In this document: positions 1 to 8,406 of the stretch, in pieces
Numbering within the stretch: the first letter of the stretch is position 1
Layout: each line of letters opens with the position of its first letter
Origin: Rhizobacter sp.
Lineage (GTDB): Bacteria; Pseudomonadota; Gammaproteobacteria; Burkholderiales; Burkholderiaceae_C
NCBI GenBank assembly: GCA_021153565.1
Contig: JAJKJU010000176.1
Span: 1,128 to 65,127 of the forward strand
DNA: 64,000 bases
Reading direction: 5' to 3'
The notes under the pieces: model-generated
Told to the model about the DNA's origin: nothing
Database searches by the model: none
Seen by the model: only the letters and a program-made list of their open reading frames with translations
Translations under genes and position numbers: made by a program

Positions 1-1
1 C

Positions 2-3000
2 AACACCGGCATCTTCATTGCGACCACCGGCAGCGGCTACGCATCGCTGATCAGCCAGGCGGGCCTGCCGATCGAGGGCTACAGCGCCACCGGCAACGTG
101 CCGTCGATGGGCCCCAACCGCCTGAGCTACTTGCTGGGCGTGCACGGCCCGAGCGAGCCGATCGACACCGCCTGCTCGTCGTCGCTGGTGGCCCTGCACA
201 AGGCCGTCTCGGCGATCGAGGCGGGCCAGTGCGACCAGGCCATCGTCGGCGGCATCAACCTGATGATCACGCCGGACTTCCACCTCGGCTTCGACAAGGC
301 CGGCATGCTGAGCCAGGACGGCCGCTGCAAGACTTTCTCCAGCAAGGCCGACGGCTATGGCCGCGGCGAAGGCGTGTGCATGCTGTTGCTCAAGCGGCTG
401 GCTGACGCCGAGCGCGAGGGCGCGCACATCTACGGTCTGGTCCTCGGGACGGCGCAGAACCACGGCGGGCGGGCGACGTCGTTCACCGCCCCCAACCCGA
501 ATGCGCAGGCCCGGCTGCTCGTGCAGGCCTACAGCCGGGCCGGCGTCGACCCGGCCACGGTGGGCTACATCGAGGTGCACGGCACGGGGACCGAGCTGGG
601 CTACCCGATCGAGGTGAACGGCCTGAAGAAGGCGTTCCACGCGCTGTACCAGGACCATGGCCATGCCGCGCCCGCCGAGCCGCATTGCGGGCTGGGTTCG
701 GTCAAGACCAACATCGGCCACCTTGAGCCGGCCAGCGGCATGGCGGGCCTGGTGAAGGTGCTGCTGCAATTGCGCCACCGCTTGCTGGCGTCCAGCCTGC
801 ATGCACAGCCGCTGAATCCCTACATCGACCTCGCCGCGAGCCCGTTCTACATCGTCACCAGTTTGCGGCCCTGGGAAGCCATGGCCGACGCCGGCGGCCG
901 CCGCCTGCCGCGCCGTGCCGGCGTCAGCTCCTTCGGCATCGGCGGCGTCAATGCGCACGCGGTGCTCGAGGAACACATCCCCGCCCATGGCCTGCATACA
1001 TGCCAGGCAGCGAGCACGGGCCCCGCGCCGGTGGTGTTGTCCGCCAGGAACGCCGACCGGCTGCAGGCGATGGCGCGGCGGCTGCTGAACTTCGTGCGAC
1101 GCCACCAGGACGACCCGGCCGTGCAACTCGCCGACCTAACCTACACGCTGCAGGTGGGCCGCGATGCAATGCCGCAACGGCTGGGCCTGCTGGCGCACTC
1201 GATGCAGGACCTGGCCGCACAGCTGCAGGCCTTCGTGGATGGCGCACCCGCTCCCACGCCCCGGTACTGCGGGCCGGCGGACGCCGCGTCGGCACAGGCC
1301 GTGGCCCCCGAGGCGCTCGACCAGTGGCTGGCCCAAGGCCAGCATGAACGGCTGCTGGCGGCCTGGGTGGGCGGTCAGGCGATCGACTGGCCGCGCCTGC
1401 ATGGCCTGCATGGCGACACGCGGCCGCGGCGCATCAGCCTGCCGACCTATCCGTTCGCCTGCGAGCGCTACTGGGTGCCGCAGGCGCCCGTGACGCCGCA
1501 ACGCGTGGAACCCGCGGGTTCGCCCGCGGCAGCGGTCCTTGCGCCCTCGACGGCGCAGCGGCAGCAGCAGCTTCTGGCCATGTCCTGGCAAGCCGCCCCG
1601 CTCGTGCAGGAACAGTTCGTGCCGGACCGCACCGCGGTGGTGTACCTGCCGGCGCAACACGGGCTGGCGCAGGCGCTCGCGGAACGGCTCGCCGGCACGC
1701 CGGTGCTGATCGATGCCGGCCGTTGCGACGTGGCGTCGGTGCAGCCGCAGGTGCTGGCCTGCACGGCGTGGATCGACCTCACCGGGCTGTGCGAGCCCGG
1801 GCTGCGTGACGACGTGCTGGTGCTGCTGCAATCCTTGCTTGCTGCACGCACCGTCGGCCTGCGCCGGTTGCTGTACGTCACCCAGGGCCTGGAAGCGGCC
1901 GGCGGCCACGTGCCGACCGGGCTGCAGGGCGCCGCGGGCGTGGGCCTGTACAGGATGCTGCAGGCCGAGCACGGCGCGGCGGTCTCCCGCCACGTCGACC
2001 TGGATCCCGCCATGTCGTCTCCCGCGGCGCAGGCGGTGCTGCTGCTTGACGAGCTTCGCGCGGTGCCGGATGCGACCCGGGTGTGCCATCGCGGCGGCCA
2101 GCGCCTCGCGCCGGCGCTGCAGGCGCTGCCGGCCGGCGAGGAACGCGTTCCGATGCGCTGGAATGCGGGCGATGTGGTGCTGGTCACCGGCGGCACCCGC
2201 GGCCTGGGGCTGCTGTGCGCGCGGCACCTTGTGCAGCGCCATGGTGTGCGCCGGCTGGTCTTGACGGGCCGTGAACTGCTGCCTGCACGCGAGGAATGGG
2301 CGTGCCTTGAAAGCCTGCCGGCCGCCATGCAGGCCAAGGTCCGCGCGGTGCAGGCGCTGGAGGCGCTGGGCGCTGAGGTGAGGACGGCGGCCTGGTCGCT
2401 GGACCGCCCGGAGGCGGTGCGTGCGGCCGTGTGCGACATCGAGGCGTCCTTCGGGCCGCTTGCCGGCATCGTGCATGCCGCGGGCCTGGTCGACCTGGAC
2501 GATCCGGCCTTCGTGCGCAAGTCGCCGGCCGGCATCGCGCGCGTGGCCGCGCCCAAGGTGCCGGGCACGCGTTCGCTGCTCGAGAGCGTGGACGCCGGCC
2601 GGCTGCGCTTCATGCTGCTGTTCTCCTCGGTGGCGGCTGCTGTCCCGTCGCTCGGCGCAGGGCAGAGCGACTATGCGATGGCCAACGCCTTCTTGGACCA
2701 CGTGGCGCAGGCTCAGGGCCGGTCGGCCCGCGTGACCAGCCTCCAGTGGCCGAGCTGGCGCGACAGCGGCATGGGCGAGGCGACCAGCCGTGCCTACCTC
2801 GACACCGGCCTGCTGAGCCTGTCCGACGAAGAAGGCCTGGCCCTGCTGGACCGCGTGCTCGAAGGCAGCGGCCTGCCGCCCGTGCTGATGCCGGTGGTCG
2901 TGGATCCGGCGCGCTTCGACGCTGCCGCGCTGCTCGCGGTGCCGCGGCCGCGCGAGGTGCTGGCCGCCGTGCCTTCGCAGGGCAGCGAAGACCGCGACAC

Positions 3001-6000
3001 GCCGGCCATGATGGCCTCCGCCGCGGCCGATGTGCAGCCGTTGCTGCGCGACCGGTTGCGCGCGCTGTTCGAGGCCGAGCTTGCGCTGAAACCGGGGCAA
3101 CTGGAGCCCGGCAAGCCGTATGCGGACTACGGCGCCGATTCGATCATGCTGGCGCAGATCCTCCAGAAACTGAAGAAGGATCTGGCCCTGCCGCTCCCGC
3201 CTTCGACGCTGCTCGAGCACACCAGCATCGGCGAACTGTCGGACTGGCTGGTGCGTGAGCACGCGGCAGCAGTGTCGGCATGGCTGGGCCTGGTGTCTTC
3301 GCAGGCACCGGCTCGCGAGGCGCCGGTCATGCCTGCGCCGCGTGAGGCGGAGGCCAGGCTCGGCGACCCCATGCAGCCGCTCGCGCGGCAAAACCAGACC
3401 CCGGTTCACGTGCCGCAGCCGCTGCCGCAGCCCGCCGATGCCGTCGCTGTCGTCGGCATGGCCTGCCGCCTGCCGGGCGCGCCGGACCTGGCGTCGTACT
3501 GGACGCTGCTGGCCAGCGGTCGCTCGGCGATCCGGCCGGTGTCCGAGGACTGCTGGGGTGTGCAGACGCCATACCACGCCGCGCTGCTTGACGACGTGTA
3601 TGGCATCGATCCGGCGTTCTTCCTGCTGCATCCGGATGACGTGAAGGCCATGGATCCGCAGGCGCTGGTGCTGCTGGAGGAAAGCCTCAAGGCCTTCCAC
3701 CATGCGGGCTACCGCACGGACGAGGTGAGCGGGACCCACACCGGCGTGTACATCGGCGCGCGCAGCCGTGCGGCGTCGGACATGGCGCTGCTGGACGGCA
3801 CGCGCAACCCGATGATGGCGGCAGGCCAGAACTACCTGGCGGCCAACCTCTCGCAGTTCTTCAACCTGCAGGGGCCTTCCCTGGTGGTCGACACGGCCTG
3901 CTCCTCGTCGCTCGTGGCGATGAAGCTCGCGGCCGACGCACTGGCCGGCGGCAGCATCGAGATGGCACTGGTCGGCGGCGTGAGCCTGCTCACCAGCCCC
4001 GCGGCGCACGACCTGTTCCAACGCCGCAAGCTGCTGCAGCCGCAGGGGCAGTTTCACATCTTCGACCGCCGGGCCTCCGGCGTGGTGCTCGGCGAGGGCG
4101 CCGGCGTGGTCGTGCTCAAGCGCCTGTCGCAGGCGCTGCGCGACGGCGACATGGTGTACGGCGTGATTGCCGGCATCGCGGTCAACAACGACGGCCGCAC
4201 CGCCGGGCCGGCCACGCCGAGCCTCGAGGCCCAAAAGCGCGTGATGCGCGAGGCCTTGCGGGCCGCGGGCGCGGACGCGGCGCAAGTCGGCTACCTCGAC
4301 GTCAACGGCTCGGGGTCGGAGGTGACCGACCTGCTGGAGATCAAGGGCGTCGAGGCGGTCTACGGTGTCCGGCGCGACGAGCCGTTGTACCTGGGCTCGA
4401 TGAAGCCGAACATCGGCCATCCGGCCTCGGCCGAGGGCATCGCCAGCTTCATCAAGGTGGTGCTGATGCTGCACCGGCAGTCGCTGCTGCCTTTCCTGTC
4501 GGGGCAGGAACCGCCCGAGCACGTCGACATGGCGGCCGCGGGCTTCTCGTTCCCTCGGGAGTCCCGGCCGATGGCGCTGTCGCATGCGGCGCTCAACTGC
4601 TTTGCCGATGGCGGCACCAATGCCCACGTCATCGTGCGGCGGCACGCCGCTGCCCAGGCCGCAAACCGCCATGCGCTGCCGCTGCCGGCCATGCGGCGGG
4701 TGGACGCGCGAACCTTGCAGCCGCTGGATGCCGGTGCCGTCCGCGCCGTGCTCGAGCATGGCTTCTCGCAGTCCAGGGTGTGGACGAAGACCCTCGCGGC
4801 CGACCACCCGATCCTCGACCACCACGTGGTGTACGGGCAGCGGCTGCTGCCGGGCCTGGCCTGGATCGACGTGCTGTACCAGTGGTTCGCCGAGGCCGGC
4901 TTCGGCTTGCGTGGACTGCAACTGTGCAACCTGTCGATCTACCGGCCGCTGGCCGTGGAGCCCGACCGTCCGGTGCAACTGCGGCTGCGTGCCGAGCCGC
5001 AGGCCGATGGCTGGCGGGTGAGCGTGACGGACGCGGACGGCGATGCGCCCTGCGTGAGCGCGGAAATGCTGCAGGTCGTGCCCCGGAGCTTCGACGAAGT
5101 GGTCGACGTGCCGTCCCTGACGGCACCCTTGCAGGCCACGGATTTCGACGGGCTGTATGCCAGCTACCGCTCGCAGGAGCTGGTGCATTCCGGTCTGATG
5201 AAGGCCCAGGGCGCGCTGTATTCGGTGCCGGCCGGGTGGTGGCTGCGGGTGGCGGTCGACCCGGCGCATGCCGGGGATGCCGGCGACTACCTCTTCCATC
5301 CTGCCCTGGTCGATGGCAGCGCCGTCGGGGCCGGGGGCGCCACGATGGAGCTGTTGCAGGGCGAGTCGCGCCTGTTCCTGCCGCTGTTCTACGAGTCGTT
5401 CTACGCCAGCGAGCCGCTTCAGCACGCCTGCTACACGCGCATCCAGTCCTCCAGCGTCGAAGTGAAGGAAGAACTGCTCGTCATGACGATGGAGTTCTTC
5501 GACCTGGCCGGCCGCAAGATCGCCGAGCTGCTGAACTTCAAGAGCAAGCTGGTGCGCGATGCCGGCCTCATCAACCCGCATCGCCTGCGCGGTGACGCCG
5601 GGCGGCCGGCCCTGCGCACCGCAGTCGCTGCACCGGCCGCGGCCGTGCCGGATGCCGCGTCGGCAGGCTCGGTCGAGGCGCTGGTGACGCAGATCATCGC
5701 GGCGCAGGCCGGCAAGCCGGTGGAAACGCTGGACCCGTCGCTCGGCTTCTACGAGCTGGGCCTGGCCTCTGCCCAGTTGCTGGAGGTGGTCAAGGCCATC
5801 GAGTCGGCCCTGGCCACCCGGCTGTCGCCGACGCTGCTGTTCGAATACACCACGCTTGGCAGCCTGGCGAAGCACCTCCAGTCCCGGCACGCGCTGCCGG
5901 GCGCCGCGAAGGCGGCGGCCGTTGCCGCGCCGCGCGTGACGCTGCCTGCGGCGCCCGCCACCGCCCGTCCTTCGGCCCGGACCACGCACGCGCCGCTGGC

Positions 6001-8404
6001 GGTGCCGCAAGCCGCGGCGGGCGGGACGGCGGTGCCAGGCGTGCGGGAAGTGGCCATCGTCGGCATGGCGGGCCGCTACCCGATGGCCCGCGACATCCAC
6101 GAGTTCTGGCGCAACCTGAAGGAAGGCCGTGACTGCATCACGCCGCTGCCCGAGGCGCGCTGGCCGCTGGAGCGCTTCGAGGGCCGCAGCAGCCGCACCG
6201 GCCGGCCCATCCCGGCATGGGGCGGCTTCCTGGCGGATGCCGACTGCTTCGACGCCGAGTTCTTCGGCATCGCGGCGGACGACGCCGATGCGCTGGACCC
6301 GCAGGAGCGCCAGTTCCTCGAGGTTTGCTGGGAGGCGGTGGAGGACGCCGGCTACACCCCCGAGACGCTGCTTCCGGCCGAGCCGGGCAGCTGCCGCGCC
6401 ATCGGCGTGTACGTGGGCGTGATGCACAAGGACTACACCGTCCTCCAGAACGAGGCGGTGCAGCAGGGCCAGACCTTCGCGGTCTCCCTGAACTGCGCGC
6501 CGCTGGCCAACCGCGTGTCGCACTTCTTCAACTTCCACGGCCCGTCGATGGCCGTCGACACGCTGTGCTCCTCCTCGCTGACCACGGTGCACCTGGCGGT
6601 GGAGAGCATCGCGCTGGGCGAATGCAAGGTGGCGCTGGCCGGCGGGGTGAACCTGTCGCTGCACCCGAACAAGTACCTCACCTATGGCTTCCTCGACATG
6701 CTGTCCACCGACGGCCGCTGCCGCTCCTTCAGCGAAGGGGGCGACGGCTACGGCCCGGCCGATGGCATTGGCTGCGTGGTGCTCAAGCCGCTGTCGCAAG
6801 CCCTGGCCGACGGCGACGGCATCTACGCCGTCATCAAGGCCAGCACCATCAACCATGCCGGCCGCACCGGCGGCGTCACGGTGCCGTCGCCGGTGGCGCA
6901 GACGGCGCTGATCGCCGACTGCCTGGCCAAGTCGGGCGTCGAGGCCGAGTCCATCACCTACCTGGAAGCCCACGGCACCGGCACTTCCATCGGCGACCTG
7001 ATCGAGTTCCAGGGCCTGACCGAGGCCTATCGCTCGTTCACCGGCAAGACGCAGTTCTGCGCGCTCGGCTCGGTGAAGTCCAACATCGGCCACGCCGAGT
7101 CGGCGGCCGGCGTCAGCGCCCTGACCAAGACGGCGCTGCAACTGCATCACCGCACGCTGGTGCCGCTGCTGCATGCGCAGGAGCTCAACCGCTACCTGGA
7201 CTTCGCCAGTTCGCCGTTCCACCCGCAGGCGGCGCTGCAGCCGTGGACCGTGGAGCGCGGCGTGCGCCGCGCCGGCATCAGCGCCTTTGGCGCCGGCGGC
7301 TCCAACGCGCACGTCATCCTCGAGGAAGCGCCGCCGCCGGCGGTGCCCACGAGCCTGCCGGTGCCTGGCGACGGCGTGCTGCTGCCGTTGTCGGCCCGCA
7401 GCCCGGAGCGCCTGCAGGAGGCCGCGCACAAGCTGCTCGCCTTCCTGGACGGGCAGCCCGAACTCGATTTGGCGTCCCTGGCCTACACGTTGCAGACCGG
7501 CCGCGTCGCGTTCGAGCATCGCGTGATCGTGCAGGCGCGCACGCTGGACGAGGCGGCGCAGCGGCTGCGGCAGTTCGTCGACGGCCAGCCGGGGGCACGC
7601 TGCTGGGCGGGCCGCGCGGGCGAGCGCAGCGCCTCGGCGCAATTGCTGGACGATGACGAGGTGGTCCAGGAACTGGCGCGCAAGTGGGCCGGTTCGGGCC
7701 GCTGGGACAAGCTGGCGCAGCTGTGGGCCGCAGGCCATGCGGTGGCTTGGCAGGCGCTCTGCGCGCAGCGTCCGCAGCGGCTGCACCTGCCGACTTATCC
7801 CTTCGCGCGTGTGCGCCACTGGATGCGGCTGGCGCAGGATGGGCTGCCCCAGACGCAGCCCTCCAGCGCTGCGCGCGGCACCGCGGCATCGGCGCGCTCG
7901 TCCCTGGGCGATGCCGCCACGCCGGGCTTCGAGTGGCACTTCGTCACCGACGCCGAACCGGCACCGGGCGCCGAACCCATGCCGGCGCAGGACAAGGCGC
8001 GCCTGTTCATCCGCCAGTGGCTCGCCTCGCAGATCGCCCGGCCGCTGGAGGACATCGCGCCGCAGGCCAGCTTCCTCGAACTGGGCCTGGTATCGGCCGA
8101 CGTCGTGCGCCTGACGCAGAAGATCGCCGGGCAGATCGACCCGCGTTTCCTGCCCAGCAAGCTCTTCGAGCACACCACGGTCGCGCGGCTGGCCGATCAC
8201 CTCGCCCAGGCGTACGGCCCGGCGCTGGATCGGCTGCAGGCGGTGAAGGTGCCGCGTGCCGCAGAGGCCGGCGTGCCGCCCATTCCGACCCCCGCCGGCC
8301 AGCCACAGGCCGTCGACCCCACTTTGCTGGCCATGCTCGAAGCCCTCGAGAACGGCTCGCTCGCCCTCGCCGATGTCCCAGCCTCCCTGCGTGGAGGAGA
8401 CTGA
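2..8404 (+). CDS. trans-AT polyketide synthase, 5'-truncated by the window edge; domain order KS(partial)-KR-ACP-KS0-DH-ACP-KS-ACP
   Basis: The frame is open from nt 2 (NTGIFIATTGSGYAS...), so the track start M98 is internal to a KS. KS motifs: DTACSSS/HGTGT/NIGH. KR: VLVTGGTRGLG (~2170). ACP: GADS, Ser codon 3140-3142. KS0: Cys 3899-3901. DH: HVVYGQRLLP. ACP: GLAS, Ser 5768-5770. KS: Cys 6566-6568 with HGTGT. ACP: GLVS, Ser 8093-8095. Stop TGA at 8402-8404. No GQGSQ/GHSxG acyltransferase motifs. Confidence 0.92.
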   Translation, partial: NTGIFIATTGSGYASLISQAGLPIEGYSATGNVPSMGPNRLSYLLGVHGPSEPIDTACSSSLVALHKAVSAIEAGQCDQAIVGGINLMITPDFHLGFDKAGMLSQDGRCKTFSSKADGYGRGEGVCMLLLKRLADAEREGAHIYGLVLGTAQNHGGRATSFTAPNPNAQARLLVQAYSRAGVDPATVGYIEVHGTGTELGYPIEVNGLKKAFHALYQDHGHAAPAEPHCGLGSVKTNIGHLEPASGMAGLVKVLLQLRHRLLASSLHAQPLNPYIDLAASPFYIVTSLRPWEAMADAGGRRLPRRAGVSSFGIGGVNAHAVLEEHIPAHGLHTCQAASTGPAPVVLSARNADRLQAMARRLLNFVRRHQDDPAVQLADLTYTLQVGRDAMPQRLGLLAHSMQDLAAQLQAFVDGAPAPTPRYCGPADAASAQAVAPEALDQWLAQGQHERLLAAWVGGQAIDWPRLHGLHGDTRPRRISLPTYPFACERYWVPQAPVTPQRVEPAGSPAAAVLAPSTAQRQQQLLAMSWQAAPLVQEQFVPDRTAVVYLPAQHGLAQALAERLAGTPVLIDAGRCDVASVQPQVLACTAWIDLTGLCEPGLRDDVLVLLQSLLAARTVGLRRLLYVTQGLEAAGGHVPTGLQGAAGVGLYRMLQAEHGAAVSRHVDLDPAMSSPAAQAVLLLDELRAVPDATRVCHRGGQRLAPALQALPAGEERVPMRWNAGDVVLVTGGTRGLGLLCARHLVQRHGVRRLVLTGRELLPAREEWACLESLPAAMQAKVRAVQALEALGAEVRTAAWSLDRPEAVRAAVCDIEASFGPLAGIVHAAGLVDLDDPAFVRKSPAGIARVAAPKVPGTRSLLESVDAGRLRFMLLFSSVAAAVPSLGAGQSDYAMANAFLDHVAQAQGRSARVTSLQWPSWRDSGMGEATSRAYLDTGLLSLSDEEGLALLDRVLEGSGLPPVLMPVVVDPARFDAAALLAVPRPREVLAAVPSQGSEDRDTPAMMASAAADVQPLLRDRLRALFEAELALKPGQLEPGKPYADYGADSIMLAQILQKLKKDLALPLPPSTLLEHTSIGELSDWLVREHAAAVSAWLGLVSSQAPAREAPVMPAPREAEARLGDPMQPLARQNQTPVHVPQPLPQPADAVAVVGMACRLPGAPDLASYWTLLASGRSAIRPVSEDCWGVQTPYHAALLDDVYGIDPAFFLLHPDDVKAMDPQALVLLEESLKAFHHAGYRTDEVSGTHTGVYIGARSRAASDMALLDGTRNPMMAAGQNYLAANLSQFFNLQGPSLVVDTACSSSLVAMKLAADALAGGSIEMALVGGVSLLTSPAAHDLFQRRKLLQPQGQFHIFDRRASGVVLGEGAGVVVLKRLSQALRDGDMVYGVIAGIAVNNDGRTAGPATPSLEAQKRVMREALRAAGADAAQVGYLDVNGSGSEVTDLLEIKGVEAVYGVRRDEPLYLGSMKPNIGHPASAEGIASFIKVVLMLHRQSLLPFLSGQEPPEHVDMAAAGFSFPRESRPMALSHAALNCFADGGTNAHVIVRRHAAAQAANRHALPLPAMRRVDARTLQPLDAGAVRAVLEHGFSQSRVWTKTLAADHPILDHHVVYGQRLLPGLAWIDVLYQWFAEAGFGLRGLQLCNLSIYRPLAVEPDRPVQLRLRAEPQADGWRVSVTDADGDAPCVSAEMLQVVPRSFDEVVDVPSLTAPLQATDFDGLYASYRSQELVHSGLMKAQGALYSVPAGWWLRVAVDPAHAGDAGDYLFHPALVDGSAVGAGGATMELLQGESRLFLPLFYESFYASEPLQHACYTRIQSSSVEVKEELLVMTMEFFDLAGRKIAELLNFKSKLVRDAGLINPHRLRGDAGRPALRTAVAAPAAAVPDAASAGSVEALVTQIIAAQAGKPVETLDPSLGFYELGLASAQLLEVVKAIESALATRLSPTLLFEYTTLGSLAKHLQSRHALPGAAKAAAVAAPRVTLPAAPATARPSARTTHAPLAVPQAAAGGTAVPGVREVAIVGMAGRYPMARDIHEFWRNLKEGRDCITPLPEARWPLERFEGRSSRTGRPIPAWGGFLADADCFDAEFFGIAADDADALDPQERQFLEVCWEAVEDAGYTPETLLPAEPGSCRAIGVYVGVMHKDYTVLQNEAVQQGQTFAVSLNCAPLANRVSHFFNFHGPSMAVDTLCSSSLTTVHLAVESIALGECKVALAGGVNLSLHPNKYLTYGFLDMLSTDGRCRSFSEGGDGYGPADGIGCVVLKPLSQALADGDGIYAVIKASTINHAGRTGGVTVPSPVAQTALIADCLAKSGVEAESITYLEAHGTGTSIGDLIEFQGLTEAYRSFTGKTQFCALGSVKSNIGHAESAAGVSALTKTALQLHHRTLVPLLHAQELNRYLDFASSPFHPQAALQPWTVERGVRRAGISAFGAGGSNAHVILEEAPPPAVPTSLPVPGDGVLLPLSARSPERLQEAAHKLLAFLDGQPELDLASLAYTLQTGRVAFEHRVIVQARTLDEAAQRLRQFVDGQPGARCWAGRAGERSASAQLLDDDEVVQELARKWAGSGRWDKLAQLWAAGHAVAWQALCAQRPQRLHLPTYPFARVRHWMRLAQDGLPQTQPSSAARGTAASARSSLGDAATPGFEWHFVTDAEPAPGAEPMPAQDKARLFIRQWLASQIARPLEDIAPQASFLELGLVSADVVRLTQKIAGQIDPRFLPSKLFEHTTVARLADHLAQAYGPALDRLQAVKVPRAAEAGVPPIPTPAGQPQAVDPTLLAMLEALENGSLALADVPASLRGGD
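3436..4640 (+). other. non-elongating KS0 domain (His of HGTGT replaced by Asn)
   Basis: The Cys is present (DTACSSS, 3899-3901) but the HGTGT motif reads NGSGS (Asn codon 4304-4306). The second His is kept (PNIGH). A DH and an ACP follow. Confidence 0.8.
8393..8398 (+). promoter_or_regulatory. Shine-Dalgarno-like site for the 8407 CDS
   Basis: GGAGGA lies 8 nt upstream of the ATG, inside the 3' end of the upstream CDS. Confidence 0.6.
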
Positions 8405-8406
8405 CC

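Noticed and set aside
7684-8406. Upstream extensions of the track ORFs: 7684 for the 8407 gene, 41159 for the 41459 gene, 58777 for the HMGS gene, 60681 for the ECH gene.
   Set aside because: The extensions overlap the 3' ends of well-supported upstream genes in another frame and translate to Arg/Gly/Ala-rich nonsense. In each case a start codon with an SD-like site sits at the stop of the upstream gene, and recognisable domain sequence begins right after it.
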